Shown here in pieces: positions 1 to 13,895 of a stretch of 64,000 bases of DNA. Under the pieces are notes generated by a model. That model was not told where the DNA came from and did not search any database. It saw nothing but the letters and a program-made list of their open reading frames with translations. The position numbers and the translations under genes were made by a program. How positions within the stretch are numbered: the stretch's first letter is position 1; each line of letters opens with the position of its first letter. This stretch comes from Octopus sinensis (taxonomy: Eukaryota), in contig NC_043010.1 of NCBI RefSeq assembly GCF_006345805.1, positions 40,548,001 through 40,612,000 on the forward strand, written 5' to 3'.

Positions 1-980
1 CTTCGGGTCAGTGTCCGTAAAATTAATAAATACACAGGTGGGAAAGTTATTTGTGTGTTTATTACAGATAAACTGCCTCAAAATGTAGCTTAGGATCATG
101 TTTTATTTACCCGATCAGTGAGTTACACTAACTGCTCCAAATCTGTATACAATGACATGAAATGGTATAATTATTAATAAATACAATAAGTAAATACATT
201 GGTAAGGCTGGAGTTCCAACAGTGTTCCAATGTAATATAGTCTGGCTGCTTCAAATTTTATTTCATTGAAACTCCATTCTAAAACATACCAGTAAAGATA
301 ACCATCACAAGTTAGCTTCAGTCTTCTTTTAGAAATGATTGTTTATACTTCAAAGCCATGCCATGACATCATGAATTTATCGTGAATAATACAAATAGTA
401 ATAAATACAATAATAATATCTTCGAGATAGAAACGTTAGCAATATCTACCGGTGTCTGCAAAACACAACTATTTCAATGAACAGAAATGAAAGAAATACA
501 ATTGTTATATCATCGACATTCAATGTCAAATAGATATAATAAAGTTGTCAATATATTCCCAAGAGGCAATCGTATCGAACCAAAATCAAACATATCGCTC
601 TCATAAATAACAAATTAAATACAGAAAACCGATACATGCAACGCGTAGACCTTAACCACAGTAGGAGCAACAACATAGGTTATCATTATTTCTCAAGACA
701 TAAGCATTGACAACAAGTGTTATCGACAACATGTCAGTAATTTAACAAATAATTATAACAGTTATCTAATACGTTTATCGATCAAAACTCTCATCACTAG
801 TTGCTTTTTTGTTGATGTTTGTGTTGAAATTGATGCTGTTGTTGGTGGGGTTCATCTTTTTTTTAACGCGAATTGAACAACGAATTTCTTCTTTCTTCTT
901 ATTTTTATTTAAATCTTTTCCTAATATTATTGACGTACGTTATATTACTCACTTCTACATGACACAGCGCCTCAAGCAAA

Positions 981-981
981 C

Positions 982-1031
<50 letters not shown>

Positions 1032-1221
1032 TGTGTGTGTGTGGTGTGTGTGTGTGTGTGTTGTGTGTGTGTGTGTGTGTGTGTGTTGTGTGTGTGTGTC
1101 TGTATATATATGTATGTATGGATAGATGGATATATATGTATGTGTGTGTATATATGCTTATGTATATGTATACATATATTTATATATACCTTTATATATA
1201 TGAATATATATATATATATAT
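981..1221. repeat. Compound (TA)n/(TG)n/(TATG)n microsatellite; representative of dozens of similar tracts across the window (e.g. 4274-4500, 8112-8600, 22990-23365, 30095-30785, 45420-45620, 52530-52710)
   Basis: Direct reading; produces the [12 protein letters not shown] pseudo-ORFs. Confidence 0.95.
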
Positions 1222-1222
1222 A

Positions 1223-1390
1223 CGTGGTCTGATCAATAAGTATCCGGAATGTTGTCATAGTAACGATGCTAAAGCGCGCAAAGTAAAGTCGCTTGGTACA
1301 GATTGATCTTGAACTCTGCTGTGCATGCGCACTAAATTTTAACTTTCCAACTCAATTCCGCTGTTTGCAGCAGTGCTTAGAAGGAAGGTG
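1223..1390 (+). mobile_element. Mariner-like transposon terminal fragment
   Basis: TA followed by CGTGGTCTGATCAATAAGTATCCGGA, resembling mariner TIR starts; no partner TIR found. Confidence 0.5.
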
Positions 1391-1519
1391 CTTGGATACT
1401 GTCTCATAAGGAGCAAGCAATAATCGTCACTATTTTCATCTTCAACAATTTCCATTGTCGGGCAATCTCCTATTTTTCCCCTTTCCACTTGACTATTCAT
1501 GGGTCATATATATATAATC

Positions 1520-1551
<32 letters not shown>

Positions 1552-1665
1552 AAAAATATATATACATATATATATATATATTATATATATATATATATAA
1601 TAGTGTGTGTGTGTGGTGTGTGTGTGTGTGTGTGTGTTGTGTGTTGTGTGTGTGTATTTATAGAA

Positions 1666-1980
1666 GGTGCGTGGCCTAGTGGTTAGGGCATTCGCCTCAC
1701 GAACGTATGGTCGTGAGTTCATTTCCCGGCGACGCGTTGTGTCCTTGACCAAGACACTTTATTTCTTGTTGCTCCACTTCATTCAGCTGGCAAAAATGAG
1801 TTGTACATATATTTTAATGGGTCAGCCTTGTCACATTCTGCGTCACGCTGGATCTCCCTGACAACTACGTTAAGGGTTCTCATGGAGTGTGCTCAGCCAC
1901 TTGCACGTTTATTTCACGAGCAAGCTGTTCCGTTGATCGCATCAGCTGGGAACCTCGTCGTCGTAACTAACGGAGTGCTC
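1666..1980 (+). mobile_element. tRNA-derived SINE, family B head + tail shared with family C
   Basis: A box TGGCCTAGTGG, B box GAGTTCATTTCC, GTGTCCTTGACCAAGACACTTTATTTC core; 3' half matches 32953-33125 in reverse. Confidence 0.8.
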
Positions 1981-2012
1981 CTATATATATATATATTATA
2001 TATATATATATA

Positions 2013-2074
<62 letters not shown>

Positions 2075-2139
2075 ATATATTTCTATATATTTAGTATATA
2101 TTTCTGGTACTTAATTTTCAATAAGATGGAATATATATA

Positions 2140-2228
2140 TATATACTGAAGAGTGGCTATATTTATATTGAAGTGATTTACCTATTATGATTTCTTAAAT
2201 ATAGCCACGAAACACGTGTCGTTATTTT
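2140..2228 (+). ncRNA. Type I minimal hammerhead-ribozyme-like motif (Penelope/retrozyme type), stem I eroded
   Basis: CTGAAGA 2146-2152, 13-bp stem II GTGGCTATATTTA/TAAATATAGCCAC, GAAAC-ACGT-GTC 2209-2220. Confidence 0.6.
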
Positions 2229-2571
2229 ACCAGATAAATGCATTTTATATATTATTTTGCACATTACTTAATCATCGTTATATGTTGTATCTTATATTCA
2301 ATCTTTCTATAATATGTAATCTTTCTAAATGGTATATTTTAATTTTTCATTATTGAATTGATAAAAGGTGGGGTATTTTTCTAATTTATATATATAATAT
2401 TTTGTGAAATTTGATTTAGTATTTCTAAATTGAATTTTTCCCTTGTAGGTTTGGAATAATATTCCCTCATATTACATATATAATATATATGTGTGTGTGT
2501 GTGTATGTGTGTGTATGTGTGTGTGTGTGTATGTGTGTATGTGTGTGTATGTGTATGTGTGTGTGTGTATA

Positions 2572-3822
2572 TTGCGTTGTCTGGAAAGTTCGTGCCGATT
2601 TTTAAAGGAAAGAAAAATGTCAATAAACACTTGCCCTTATCAACCAAATATGAACCAGTTTGTTGCACAATGCGTCTCCATATTTCCTTTAACTTGAGGT
2701 GGTTTCATGGCAAAGAATTCATCACCTTATGTTTTTACGTCATCCAAGGAATTGAAATTTTTACCATTAAGACTATTCTACAGAGACCTGAATAAGGGGA
2801 AATCCGAAGGAGCAATATCTGGTGAATATGGAGGGTGGAGTAACATATCCCAGCCGAGCTGCAGCAATTTTATTCTGGTTCCCAAAGAAATGTGCGGTCT
2901 TGCATTATCATGTTGAAAAACAGTACCCTCCTGTTGGTCAATTCTGGACGTTTTCTCTTTAATTGCTACTTTTATCTCGTTCAGCTGTGTGCAGTATTTC
3001 TCAGAATTAATTGTCTGGTTACTTTGGAGAAGCTCATAGTACAGAATTCCTTTCCAATCCCACCAGACACAAAGCAAGACCTTTTTTAGGGTGAAGACCC
3101 GCTTTTGGGGTGGCTATGGGTGGCTCATATGGCTTAATCCAGGATCGCTTTCTCTGAATATTTCGGTAGATAATCCATTTCTCATCACCTGTCACAAGTT
3201 ACTTTAAAAAAGGCGCGTTTTCATTCCGATTATGAAGCGAATCACAGCTGGAATTGCGATTCAAAAGGTTCTTCTCACTCGAGTCATGTGGTGCCCAAAC
3301 ATCGTACGATTTGTGTACGCAAGCTTTACCAGTTGCTCATTAACAACGGATTTTGATAGGTTGAGGCTTTCTGCCAATTCTCAAGATGTGCAATGTGGGT
3401 AATTCTCAATCAATGATTTGATTTGGTCATCATCTGTAGTGTATGGTCTGCCTGATCGCTCTTTATCAATATGGCTACAATCTCCAGCGCGGAATCTTGC
3501 GAACCACTTCCGTACAGTTCTTTCGGATAAAGAAACATCACCGTAAACTGCACATATTTCTTTTGTTGCTTGTGAGACATTTTTTCCCTTACGGAAAAAG
3601 AAAAGCATCAAGTGCTGAAGATGAACTTTCTTATCTTCCATTTTAGAGGGTTACAGAATTAACACAGGTCATAGGAACATAAACCTACTTCCAGGAAAAG
3701 ATAGCTTAAAGTGTGCTCTAAATGTAGGTGTAGTCAAATCCTATTTTATGGACTCAACCATGTTCTAAAATAAGTCGAAAGATAAGCTACTATAAATCGG
3801 CAAGAACTTTCCGGACAACCCA
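2572..3822 (-). mobile_element. Full-length decayed mariner (DD34D) transposon with TIRs and TA target duplication
   Basis: TIRs TTGCGTTGTCTGGAAAGTTCGTGCCGATTT / AAATCGGCAAGAACTTTCCGGACAACCCA flanked by TA; ~1.25 kb. Confidence 0.93.
2620..3641 (-). pseudogene. Mariner transposase pseudogene (stops/frameshifts)
   Basis: N-terminal HTH (ATKEICAVYGD..VRKWFARFRAGD..RSGRP), WAPH, VTGDEKW, LCVWWD, FQHDNARPH, HPPYSPDIAPSDF. Confidence 0.92.
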
Positions 3823-3866
3823 TACATACATACATACATACATCATACATACATACATACATACAT

Positions 3867-3909
<43 letters not shown>

Positions 3910-3963
3910 CAAATCAAATTGCGATAACAATAAAAAATAATTATAATCGCTGGTATTACTAAC

Positions 3964-3994
<31 letters not shown>

Positions 3995-4295
3995 ATATAT
4001 ATAATATATATATATATGGTGGTGTGTGTGTATATATGATACAAAGGAATATAGAAGTTTTAATATATTCTTGAACAGATAAGACGTTGTGAAAACATGT
4101 TTTGATTGCATTGCAAAATCTTGTCTTATAATGACAAAGGATGTTAAGTTTGAATTAATCTACACCACTATTATATACAGATGTGTTCGTAAATAAAGCA
4201 TGATTTAATTATAAAGGGACTACATGCACATTCACACGTTTATAGATGTAGGTGAAAGGATGAGACAGAGAAAAGAGATTAGATGCACTGTAAAT

Positions 4296-4361
<66 letters not shown>

Positions 4362-4563
4362 ATATATGTAATATAATATAATATATATATAAGTATATAT
4401 AATATAATATATATATAATTATAAAAAAAATAATAATATATATAATATATATAATATAATATATATGTGTGTGTCTGTGTGTGTATATATATATATATGT
4501 TTATATGTGTATGTGTGTTTGTATAGATATATAATTATATATTATACATATATTCTAAATGTC

Positions 4564-4609
<46 letters not shown>

Positions 4610-6369
4610 TTGATTGATAGATACATACACTCATACATACATACGTACATATATATATATAGATACATTCATACATGCACACATACATGCATGCATACAT
4701 ACATACATATATGCATGCATACATATATAGGTGCCTGTATGCCTACGTATGCGTACATACACAGGCACACACACAGGCATACACACACACGCACGCACAC
4801 TCACACATAGTTATCTAACGGTAACGGTATCAGAGTAATAAAATAAAAATATCACATATATTAGTAATAAGAGAAATTTCATATAGACAAAAATATTTTA
4901 TTATAGATTTTACATTCGCCAACCCAAACGATAGTTACCAATAATATAACATAATTGCATTTCAGTGTGGAGAAATTGTCATACATACACCCACGCAGTC
5001 TCTCATCTAGTTTCTCCATCGTTTGCCGTGTCTTTTAATAGGAGAAGAAAAGAGTGTGCATTACTATGATATTTATTAAACAAATTCCAAATTACTATTT
5101 TTTTCTTTTATATCATCTTTTATTTATAATCCTATGAAAAACAACATCATTTAATTATTAGTCTTAAGTACGCATCACTTCAGATATTCCGTAAGTTTTT
5201 CTCTTTTATAATAAAGTAGGAATTTGTAGGGCTGTAAAATTTAATGACAACTTGTGTATAGTTGAATTATCTACTAGTTATTTGCTTGTATTCAAACTAA
5301 CACAATATAATTTTATTTACTACGTTGATGTTTATTTTGCTTTTTTTTTTATTTGATATTTTCGTCTGAATAATCTTAGATTTATTCAATCCCGAATCAT
5401 TAATAGGAAATCGTGATTGAAAGATAATAATTTCCCTCATCATAATTGCATCATCCTCTGTCTAAACCGAAAATTGAAGATGCCTGTCTTAAAAGTTTTC
5501 GTGAACGACACTCAATTACTATCAGCTCTAACAAGATCAAGAAAATTGGAAAATTCTAAAGTGCGCTGAAGAAACGTAATTGGGTAACGCTACAGTATGT
5601 TGACGTGTGCAGAAATAGAGGAATATATACGCCCAAAAGCACACATATACATATGTATATATGTGTGTGTACATACATCCATATATATGGATATATATAT
5701 ATTTATATATATATATAAAACATATATATACACACATACACACAAACACACACACACTCACAAACATATATATTTACTCACGTAAACATACATATATTTC
5801 TATATACATACATAGATATTCATATGCGTATATAAATATTTATAGATGTATGTAAATATATATATATATATATATATATGCGTGCGTGTCTAGGTATATA
5901 CATACACACGTAGACATACACACAGAGACATACACAGTCACACACACACACACACGCACACACACACTCTCATTCACACGGACAGCTCAAAAGCGCTGAC
6001 AATTACCGATGATAGTGGAAGCCGAGCGACAATTGTGAAAATATAAACGTATATAATTTATGCTCCAAATTATAGCTAACAGTACAGTTGAAACAGTTGT
6101 CTCTTTATAAATTCTATGTTACAATAACTACCTTCGTTAAAGTGAAAATGTTAGTCACAAATGCAGCTTCAATTATATACACAGTTAACTATTCTAAACC
6201 GAAACACAAACAGTGTAAGTTTCCAGTCTTCCATATAAATAGACCAGTGTACAGTTTCAATGTAAAGACGGAGAAATCCGTATATATTTGGATCGTAATA
6301 TATGAACAGGTTATGTAAATGTTGAAATAAATGCTGAGCATTTATAACAAAATCATTTATATATATATA

Positions 6370-6756
6370 CTAGCAGTATCGCCGGCGTTGCTCGGCTTTG
6401 TAAGGGAAATAACTATATAAGCATTTTTAGAGATGTAAAGTATAACAGCCATCTCAATATGGCTAACCACAAGGGGGGTGTTACTGTAGCTTTATACGTT
6501 CTGAGATTTAACAATAAATTTTTAGAGAGTTACTTCCCTTATATATGCCAAAAATGGATTAAAAATGGGGAAAATTGATTTGTAATTTTTTTTTTAAATC
6601 GTAGACTCATGGTAGACGCGCGCTAATACCCAGAAAGGCTTGATATGAATCACGACTATAAGATACCCGGTTTTGGTTAAACTGCACCGCAAAATGTGGG
6701 AGTAGTTAGGAATCTAAATCGTAGGAGACAGACAGCACACAACCTCACTTTTATAT

Positions 6757-6759
<3 letters not shown>
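6370..6759 (-). mobile_element. Non-autonomous Helitron, family H1 copy 1
   Basis: Minus strand A|TCTATATAAAAGTG ... hairpin CCGAGCAACGCCGG ... CTAG|T; same family at 9428, 22215, 33775, 45622. Confidence 0.8.
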
Positions 6760-6800
<41 letters not shown>

Positions 6801-7017
6801 GGTATTGTTCCATGTCGGTAAAATATAGAAAAGTAGTCCATTTGGTTAGAAAAAACGCCATTTGATAAACACAGTATATGTATATAATTTTTATGAGTAA
6901 CTAATATTTTCATGCGATGAAACACCTCGGTATTTTATAACACTTCTGTTGGCATATGTACATATATACGCATTCTATATACATGTCTACAGACAACACA
7001 CACACACACACCCACAT

Positions 7018-7086
<69 letters not shown>

Positions 7087-7399
7087 TATGTATATGTTTA
7101 CACATTATATATATATAAGTGTAGCTGCGGGCTGACATATACATTGAGAGGTGAATGATGAAATAAGGATGATATTGATGCTAGAGGGCAAAAACGCCCG
7201 CCGATTTTCTTCTCTAAAACATTGCTTTGTTTTTTAAACAAAATAAATAAAGCGAGGTATTGCACCTCTCACAACAGTTTTTACTGTCTTTCGACTTAAT
7301 AGTCCATTACAAATATTAACATGCAAATAATATTCAATATACAACCAACACTAGTCCATTTACAAATGAGGCGCTGGGCCTCTTACACATTATAACACA

Positions 7400-8107
7400 G
7401 GCTTTTCAACCTCTTGTCAAATTTCAACCTCATAATCGCTTGTGTCCATGTACTCCGCCATAACCAATGCTTCGATTAAAATCACGAGCGATATTACTCT
7501 TTTAGTCCGTCCAGCATTATAAACAGGCGCAACGTTATGTCCTCCACAGCTATCTGCGGAGGCCATTCGGGGTCCTGTGTGAAGACCAAAGATATCCCCT
7601 CGTAGTGTTCTTTCACTATCTTTTCCACCTCTCGGCCTCTATAAAAGAAGACCAACAGGTTTTCGTCCATCGTGTGCGGAGTGATCAATTTTACCGTTGG
7701 CGGCACAATTCCCGCCAATGGTGCCCTCCCCCCCACCTCCGGTGGTACAACCGACGAGGCTCCGTAACACTCCGGCGTCATGGATCCGACTACCGGCAAT
7801 GTCACGTTTCTCCTCCTCTTCCTCTTTTTTTCTTCTCGACTACGGGAGGGTGCGTCTTCTCCGTGACCCGGGGATTTGCCTCCCCTTCCCTCATCCCCAT
7901 GATCCCTCGGTGAGCACCCATTATTGCTCTCCTTCTTCCTTTAGAGCTCTTCTTTGAGGAATCCTCCGTCTCTTCGCCCGCCTTCATTCCTTCCTCTACA
8001 GAGGTCTCCGTCAATCGCTCCAGGACTTTATTTGCCCTGGAGAACAGTTCTTTTTTATATGGCCAGGCTTCAAGCACCGATGACACTTGGGGGTGAGCGT
8101 CCCTCAA
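7400..8107 (-). pseudogene. GC-rich coding remnant, probably C-terminal part of a retroelement ORF1-like protein
   Basis: Overlapping ORFs 7802-8107 and 7494-7805; charged/Pro-rich linker then LVFFYRGREVEKIVKEHYEGISLVFTQDPEW, similar in pattern to the C-terminal domain at 51506-51805. Confidence 0.45.
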
Positions 8108-8393
8108 AAATTATATTATAAATTATTTATATAGATACATAATACACGCATAAATATGCATAGTGTGTGTATGCATACATATATATATATATATATATAT
8201 GTGTTTTTGTGTGTGTGGTGTGTTTGTGGTGTGTGTGTGTGTGTGTGTGGGTGTGTGTGTGTGTGTGTGTCTTTGTGCGTGTGTATACATATATACATAC
8301 ACACGTGCGCACACATTTGTTTCACTGTGTGTATGTATATATATATATATATAATATATATACATACATGCATATATATATTCATATATTATA

Positions 8394-8424
<31 letters not shown>

Positions 8425-9427
8425 CCATACATGCATATATATTTCATATATATATTCATATATTCTTTTATTCTTTTATATATATATATATATATATATA
8501 CAGAGAGAGAGAGAGAGAGAGAGATTGAGAGAGACAGACAGACAGATAGGTAAATAGGTAGATAGAAATATAGATATATATATACATATACATACGTGTG
8601 TGTGTACCCGCGCGTGCGAGTTTTTATATATTGAGATATTCTGTAAGATATATTAATGTGCACACGTGCTCTTGAGAAATCTACGAAGACAATCATTAAA
8701 CAATTCTTGACGTTATCAAGCTTGAAAAAGAAAAACTACATATACCGGGGGCACTCAACACTCAAGCAACGAAACACATGCTGTACATATCTCAGCTGTA
8801 TATTCCGCTGATTCATTCTTTTAATTGCAATTGTATTCAAAGACGAAAACTCTTAATTGTTACTTCATTGTTTCCTGTACACATTCGTAAAATAGAAATC
8901 ACACATTTATTCGTCTGCAAACTCGTACACAGTCACATACAGAATTTGGCAGATACAGGCGAACATAGTCCACACACGTATACATGCAGACCCTCCCAAA
9001 TGTAATCATATATAAATACATATATATATACATACATACATACATACATACATACATACATACATACATACAAACATACATACATATAATATATATATAT
9101 ATATATATGATATGTAAAAAAATACAAACTGTGACAAGAACGCATAACACTTAGAAGACGATACAACAAACACAGACAGGACATTCGAAGCCCTCAGTCT
9201 TCAGTCAAGAACCGGATCATCGTAGTAATTTCGGAAGGTGACCCACTCTACGCGCGGGTAAGAGTGTGGTTGTTACTTTCTGTTGCTTCTTTTGTTTCTT
9301 ATCGCCACATTTTCCCTCTTTGTTTCTCTCTCCTTTCTTTCTTCTTTTCCCACTCTCCCACTGTCCCACTCCCTCGATTTCTCTTACTCTCTATCTTTCT
9401 CTATCTTTCTCCCATTTATAACAAAAT

Positions 9428-9888
9428 CTAGCAGTATCGCCCGGCGTTGCTCGGGTTTGTAATATAGCCAAAAAATACCAAAAAAATGGAAAAAAAATGA
9501 TGGTAATTTTTTTTTTACATCGTTGACTCATCGTACACATTTTTAGAGAGTTACTTCCCTTATATAATAGCGAAAAAATGCATTAAAGTGGAAAAAAAAT
9601 GATGGTAATTTTTTTTTTACATCGTTGACTCATCGTACACATTTTTAGAGAGTTACTTCCCTTATATAATAGCGAAAAAATGCATTAAAGTGGAAAAAAA
9701 TGATGGTAATTTTTTTTTTAAATCGTAGACTCATCTTAGACGCGTACTAATACCCAGAAGGGCTCGATATGAATCACGACTATAAGATACCCGCTTTTGG
9801 TTAAACTGCACCGCAAAATGTGGGAGTAGTTAGGAATTTAAATCGTAGGAGACAGACCCTCACACAACTTCACTTTTATATATAAAAA
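9428..9888 (-). mobile_element. Non-autonomous Helitron H1 copy 2 with internal ~100-bp tandem amplification
   Basis: CTAGCAGTATCGCCCGGCGTTGCTCGGG end; GGAAAAAAAATGATGGTAATTTTT...CATCGT unit repeated at ~9488, 9590, 9692. Confidence 0.8.
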
Positions 9889-10138
9889 TTAGATTTCCGC
9901 GCTTAAATTACAAATCCGCTTCCACTTTACCATGTTGAAAATTTGATTGACATCGAGCAAAAGGTTTCCAATCTAGACCCCCGAGTGATCAATAAAACTC
10001 TGTTTTCACACCAATTTCCCAATCAATTTATCACCTCAAGTTACACCCTCCTGTAAATTTCAATCCCATTCCAGCCCCATTTAGACCCATTTATACATAA
10101 AAATCCAAATTGTATCAACGTCCGCCTTCTTCATTCAA

Positions 10139-11206
10139 ATAACTTCGCGGTTCGCCATAGATAATCGATAAAATAACTTAGCCATTCGCCAAACATGATC
10201 GATTAAATACTTAGCGGTTGGCCAAAGAAATCGATAAAATAACATAGCGATTCGCCAAACATGATCAATTAAATAACTTAGAGGTTGGCCAAAGAAATCG
10301 ATAAAATAAGTTAGCGGTTCGCCAAAAGAGATTGATAAAATAACAACTCATTTGGCGAACTGCTAGGTAATTCTATCGCATCCCTTTGGCGAGCCGCTAG
10401 GTTATTTTATTGATATCCTTTTGCGAACAGTTATTTTATCGATCTCCTTTGGCAAACCGCCAAGTTATTTATCGTTATCCTTTGACAAAATGCTAAGTTA
10501 TTTTATCGATCACGTTTGGCGAACCGCTAAGTCATTTTATCCATAGCGATTGGCGAACAGCTACAGTTTTATCGATCTCCAAGGCGAACCGCTATCTTAT
10601 TTTATCGATCTCGTAGCGAACCGCTAAGTTATTTTATCGATCTCTGGCTAACCGCTAAATAATTTTATCGATTTGCTTTGGCGAACAACTAAGTTATTTT
10701 ATCGATATCCTTTGGCGTACCGCTAGCGTATTTTATCGATCCTGTTTGGCGAACTAATAAGTCATGTTATCGATCTCCTTTGGCGAACCGTTAAGTTATT
10801 TTATCGATTTTCTTTGGTGAACCGCTAGGGTATTTTATCGACCTTCTTTGACGAACCACTAAGTTATTTTCTCAATACTTTTAGCGAACCGCTAGTGTGT
10901 TTCATCGAACTCCCTTGGCGAACCGCTAGCTTATTTTATCGATCACCTTTGATGAACCGCTGAGTTATTTTATCGATATCTTTTGGCGAACCGCTAATTT
11001 ATTTTATCGACCTCCTTTGACGAACCGCTATGTTATTTTATCGACCTCCTTTGGCGAACCGCTAGGATATTTTATCGATAACGTTTGATGAACCGCTAAG
11101 TTATTTTTTCGATTTTGATTGGTGAACCGCTAAGTTATTTATTCGATTATGTTTGGCGAACCGCTTAGTTATATTATCGAACTTCTTCGAAGAACCGGTA
11201 AGTTAT
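10139..11206. repeat. 34-bp minisatellite with an internal inversion (~6 units one way 10139-10344, ~25 units the other way 10351-11206)
   Basis: Consensus TAACTTAGCGGTTCGCCAAAGGAGATCGATAAAA and its reverse complement. Confidence 0.92.
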
Positions 11207-11458
11207 CCCAGGCCTTGCACAGGCTTAAAATAGTTTATTATTGTTTTTTCTTCTTCCGGTATTAAAACCCGATTTCATTCTGGTCTATGCGGGCCACAGT
11301 TTTAAAGATGAGAAATTTTACCCTAGACGCTATGCCTTTCAATTGAGCAAACTCAAAGTTGCCATGCAAACTCGCTACCACTTTCAACATCAATCCAAGC
11401 ACATATGCACATAATATATATACATATATATATACGCATTATATATACATGTCTACAG

Positions 11459-11491
<33 letters not shown>

Positions 11492-11507
11492 AAGCTATAC
11501 ACTTTAT

Positions 11508-11552
<45 letters not shown>

Positions 11553-11789
11553 GTTATATATATGTATACACATTATATATATTTACATACACACATATAT
11601 ATATATAAATTAACACAATATATCTGATTAATAATAACTGCTATGATTGTGCAGTGCTAAATTCACCGTACTAAAGACCTGTGGCGGGAATATTTAAACT
11701 TTTACGGCTGTCAAAGATTCCTCTCTATAGATACAGACAGACGCACAGTGAGATAGGTGGTGGGAGAAGAGTGACAGAGAGAGACGGCG

Positions 11790-11980
11790 AGACCGGTAAA
11801 ATAACTAGCGGTTCGCCAGAGAGCGATAAAATAACCTAGCGGTTCGCCATCAAGATCGATAAAATATTTTAGCGGTTCGCCAAAGGAGATCAATAAAATG
11901 GCATAGCGGCTCGCCAAAGGAGAGCGATAAAATAACTCAGCTGTTCGCCAATTGAGAACGATAAAATAACTTAGCGGTTA
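11790..11980. repeat. Third block (~5 units) of the 34-bp minisatellite, inverted relative to 10351-11206
   Basis: AAAATAAC(C/T)TAGCGGTTCGCCA..GATCGAT units. Confidence 0.9.
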
Positions 11981-12770
11981 TTTATGTAATATAAATTATA
12001 TAAATATGAAATTATTTCTATATTCTCCATCCCTATATTGTGTAAAATACTAAAATTATTCTGATTCTTTGAAAAATCTCTTTAAAATGTACCTCTTTAT
12101 TTAAATCACCATTAGGATTATGGCTGTTAAATGGTTAAGTATTATAAGTTTTTTACTCTCCCTACCCCATCAGCTTTAGCCTACTAATTTTTTCTGAAAT
12201 ATATTCTACTGAACCCAAATGGTTTCTACTTCAAAGGGATCTTGATTTATGGGTCTACCACTTAAACTGTCTTGTTTTTCCACTAGACCTAGTAAACTAG
12301 TCTTAACCTCCCCCGCCCCCAGTAGTAAATCTAAATAACAAAGTAAAATCAATGATAAGCAGTGTCTTCATGAAACAATATCAGTTACTACTATGATTTT
12401 GTTGACGAAACTTGTTTCTCTGTCTACCTACTTACGTTCTTTGTGATTTTGGTTAATGGAATAACTATAAAAATGAACGATTTAAATTTAACTAAATTCT
12501 ATATTTTTATGCAGCTGAAGATTGCTCTACATTTTAAAACTGATGTAATACTTGCATTGTTCAATTAAATGGAGTCGCATGAAACGGTCGTACTGCATTA
12601 CCTCTGGATATTCTTGTTGCTTATTTTGATCATATATATATATATATATATGTCTGTCTGTGTATACTATACCTTGCTGTGTTTGTACGCGTTATCCTAC
12701 GCAGATAAAACTACATACCCACTCGTACAAACTCAAAGATGCACACACTTTTAGGTAATCGAACGCTTCT

Positions 12771-12790
12771 CTAGATAGATAGGTAGATAT

Positions 12791-12861
<71 letters not shown>
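12771..12861. repeat. (GATA)n microsatellite (also 15368-15710 compound GATA/GACA/GATG)
   Basis: Direct reading. Confidence 0.95.
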
Positions 12862-12862
<1 letters not shown>

Positions 12863-13244
12863 CATTAATACTTTCGCACGCTTTCTCATTGTACAGGCAT
12901 GAAGAATGATCTACTCATTTTCATTGAGCTAAAGTTCAAACTTTAAAATTTCTTCCTTAATTCTTCCTTTATTAGTTTTGAACAGGAACTTTCTTAAATG
13001 TATCAACGTCTCAAGATCTTTCAGAAAGACAATCAATTACATGTTAGATCTGGCAAATACCGTAGTTTTGCGAAGTGAAAGCCACAAATTGCATAGCAGC
13101 GCATTCTCTGGTAGCTGATTCAATTACATTTTAAAGTCCGCGCAATGTGAAAGCAATATGGAATAAGCGCATATACATACATACATACATACATATATAT
13201 ATATTTATATATATATATATATATTAATATACATATACATATAC

Positions 13245-13275
<31 letters not shown>

Positions 13276-13614
13276 TAGTACGAGAAGAGATGTTAGATAG
13301 AAGTACAAGATTTGAGTGAAGTTATGTAATATGTAGCTGAATGCATCGTCATAGATGTTGAAGTGTCATTTTTCATGTATTTCTCTGTGGACAGATAAAG
13401 GACAGAGATAAGAAACGAATCGCGAGGTAAATTATTCCAACCATTTTCATGTGTACAAAAATTAGGAATGTTTAAGTTTGCCATTTACATATTACGTATT
13501 ACACAGATTCCCTTACAACTTATCCTGTTTCTGTGTCACTCTCAGTTATCTCCTGTCTTAGCTGCCTAAATAATTGATTAGTACTTAATTGAATTAACTT
13601 AACTGACATTTCGT

Positions 13615-13895
13615 CAGTTGCGACGATGACTGTTCTAGCTGACCCAATCAACGGACCACTCTGCTTGTGATATCAATGTGCACGTGTCGGAGCATTCCAC
13701 AGACACGAGTGACCTTAACTGAGTTTTCAGGAAGATTCAACGTGACAACGTTACAGGTACAACTCATTTTTGCCACCTAAGGGGACTAGAGCAACATGAA
13801 ATGAAGTCTCTTGCTTAAGGCAACAATGCACCTCCAGGAACCGAACCCACAACCTTGAGATTGTGAGACGAATAACCTAACCACCAAGTTACATG
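13615..13895 (-). mobile_element. Old diverged SINE family B copy (similar copies 31485-31700 +, 41620-41800 -, 42640-42790 +)
   Basis: Reverse-complement similarity to 1666-1980. Confidence 0.6.

Noticed and set aside
1-470. Possible minus-strand exon after TTTTGCAG acceptor at ~455
   Set aside because: No sustained ORF or recognisable protein; cannot be supported without transcripts
809-1306. 165-aa and many similar ORFs rich in YI/VC/TH/LSIY
   Set aside because: Translations of dinucleotide and tetranucleotide microsatellites; no domain content
10139-11206. CRISPR-like regularly spaced repeats
   Set aside because: Contiguous 34-bp tandem units without unique spacers, no cas genes, eukaryotic context
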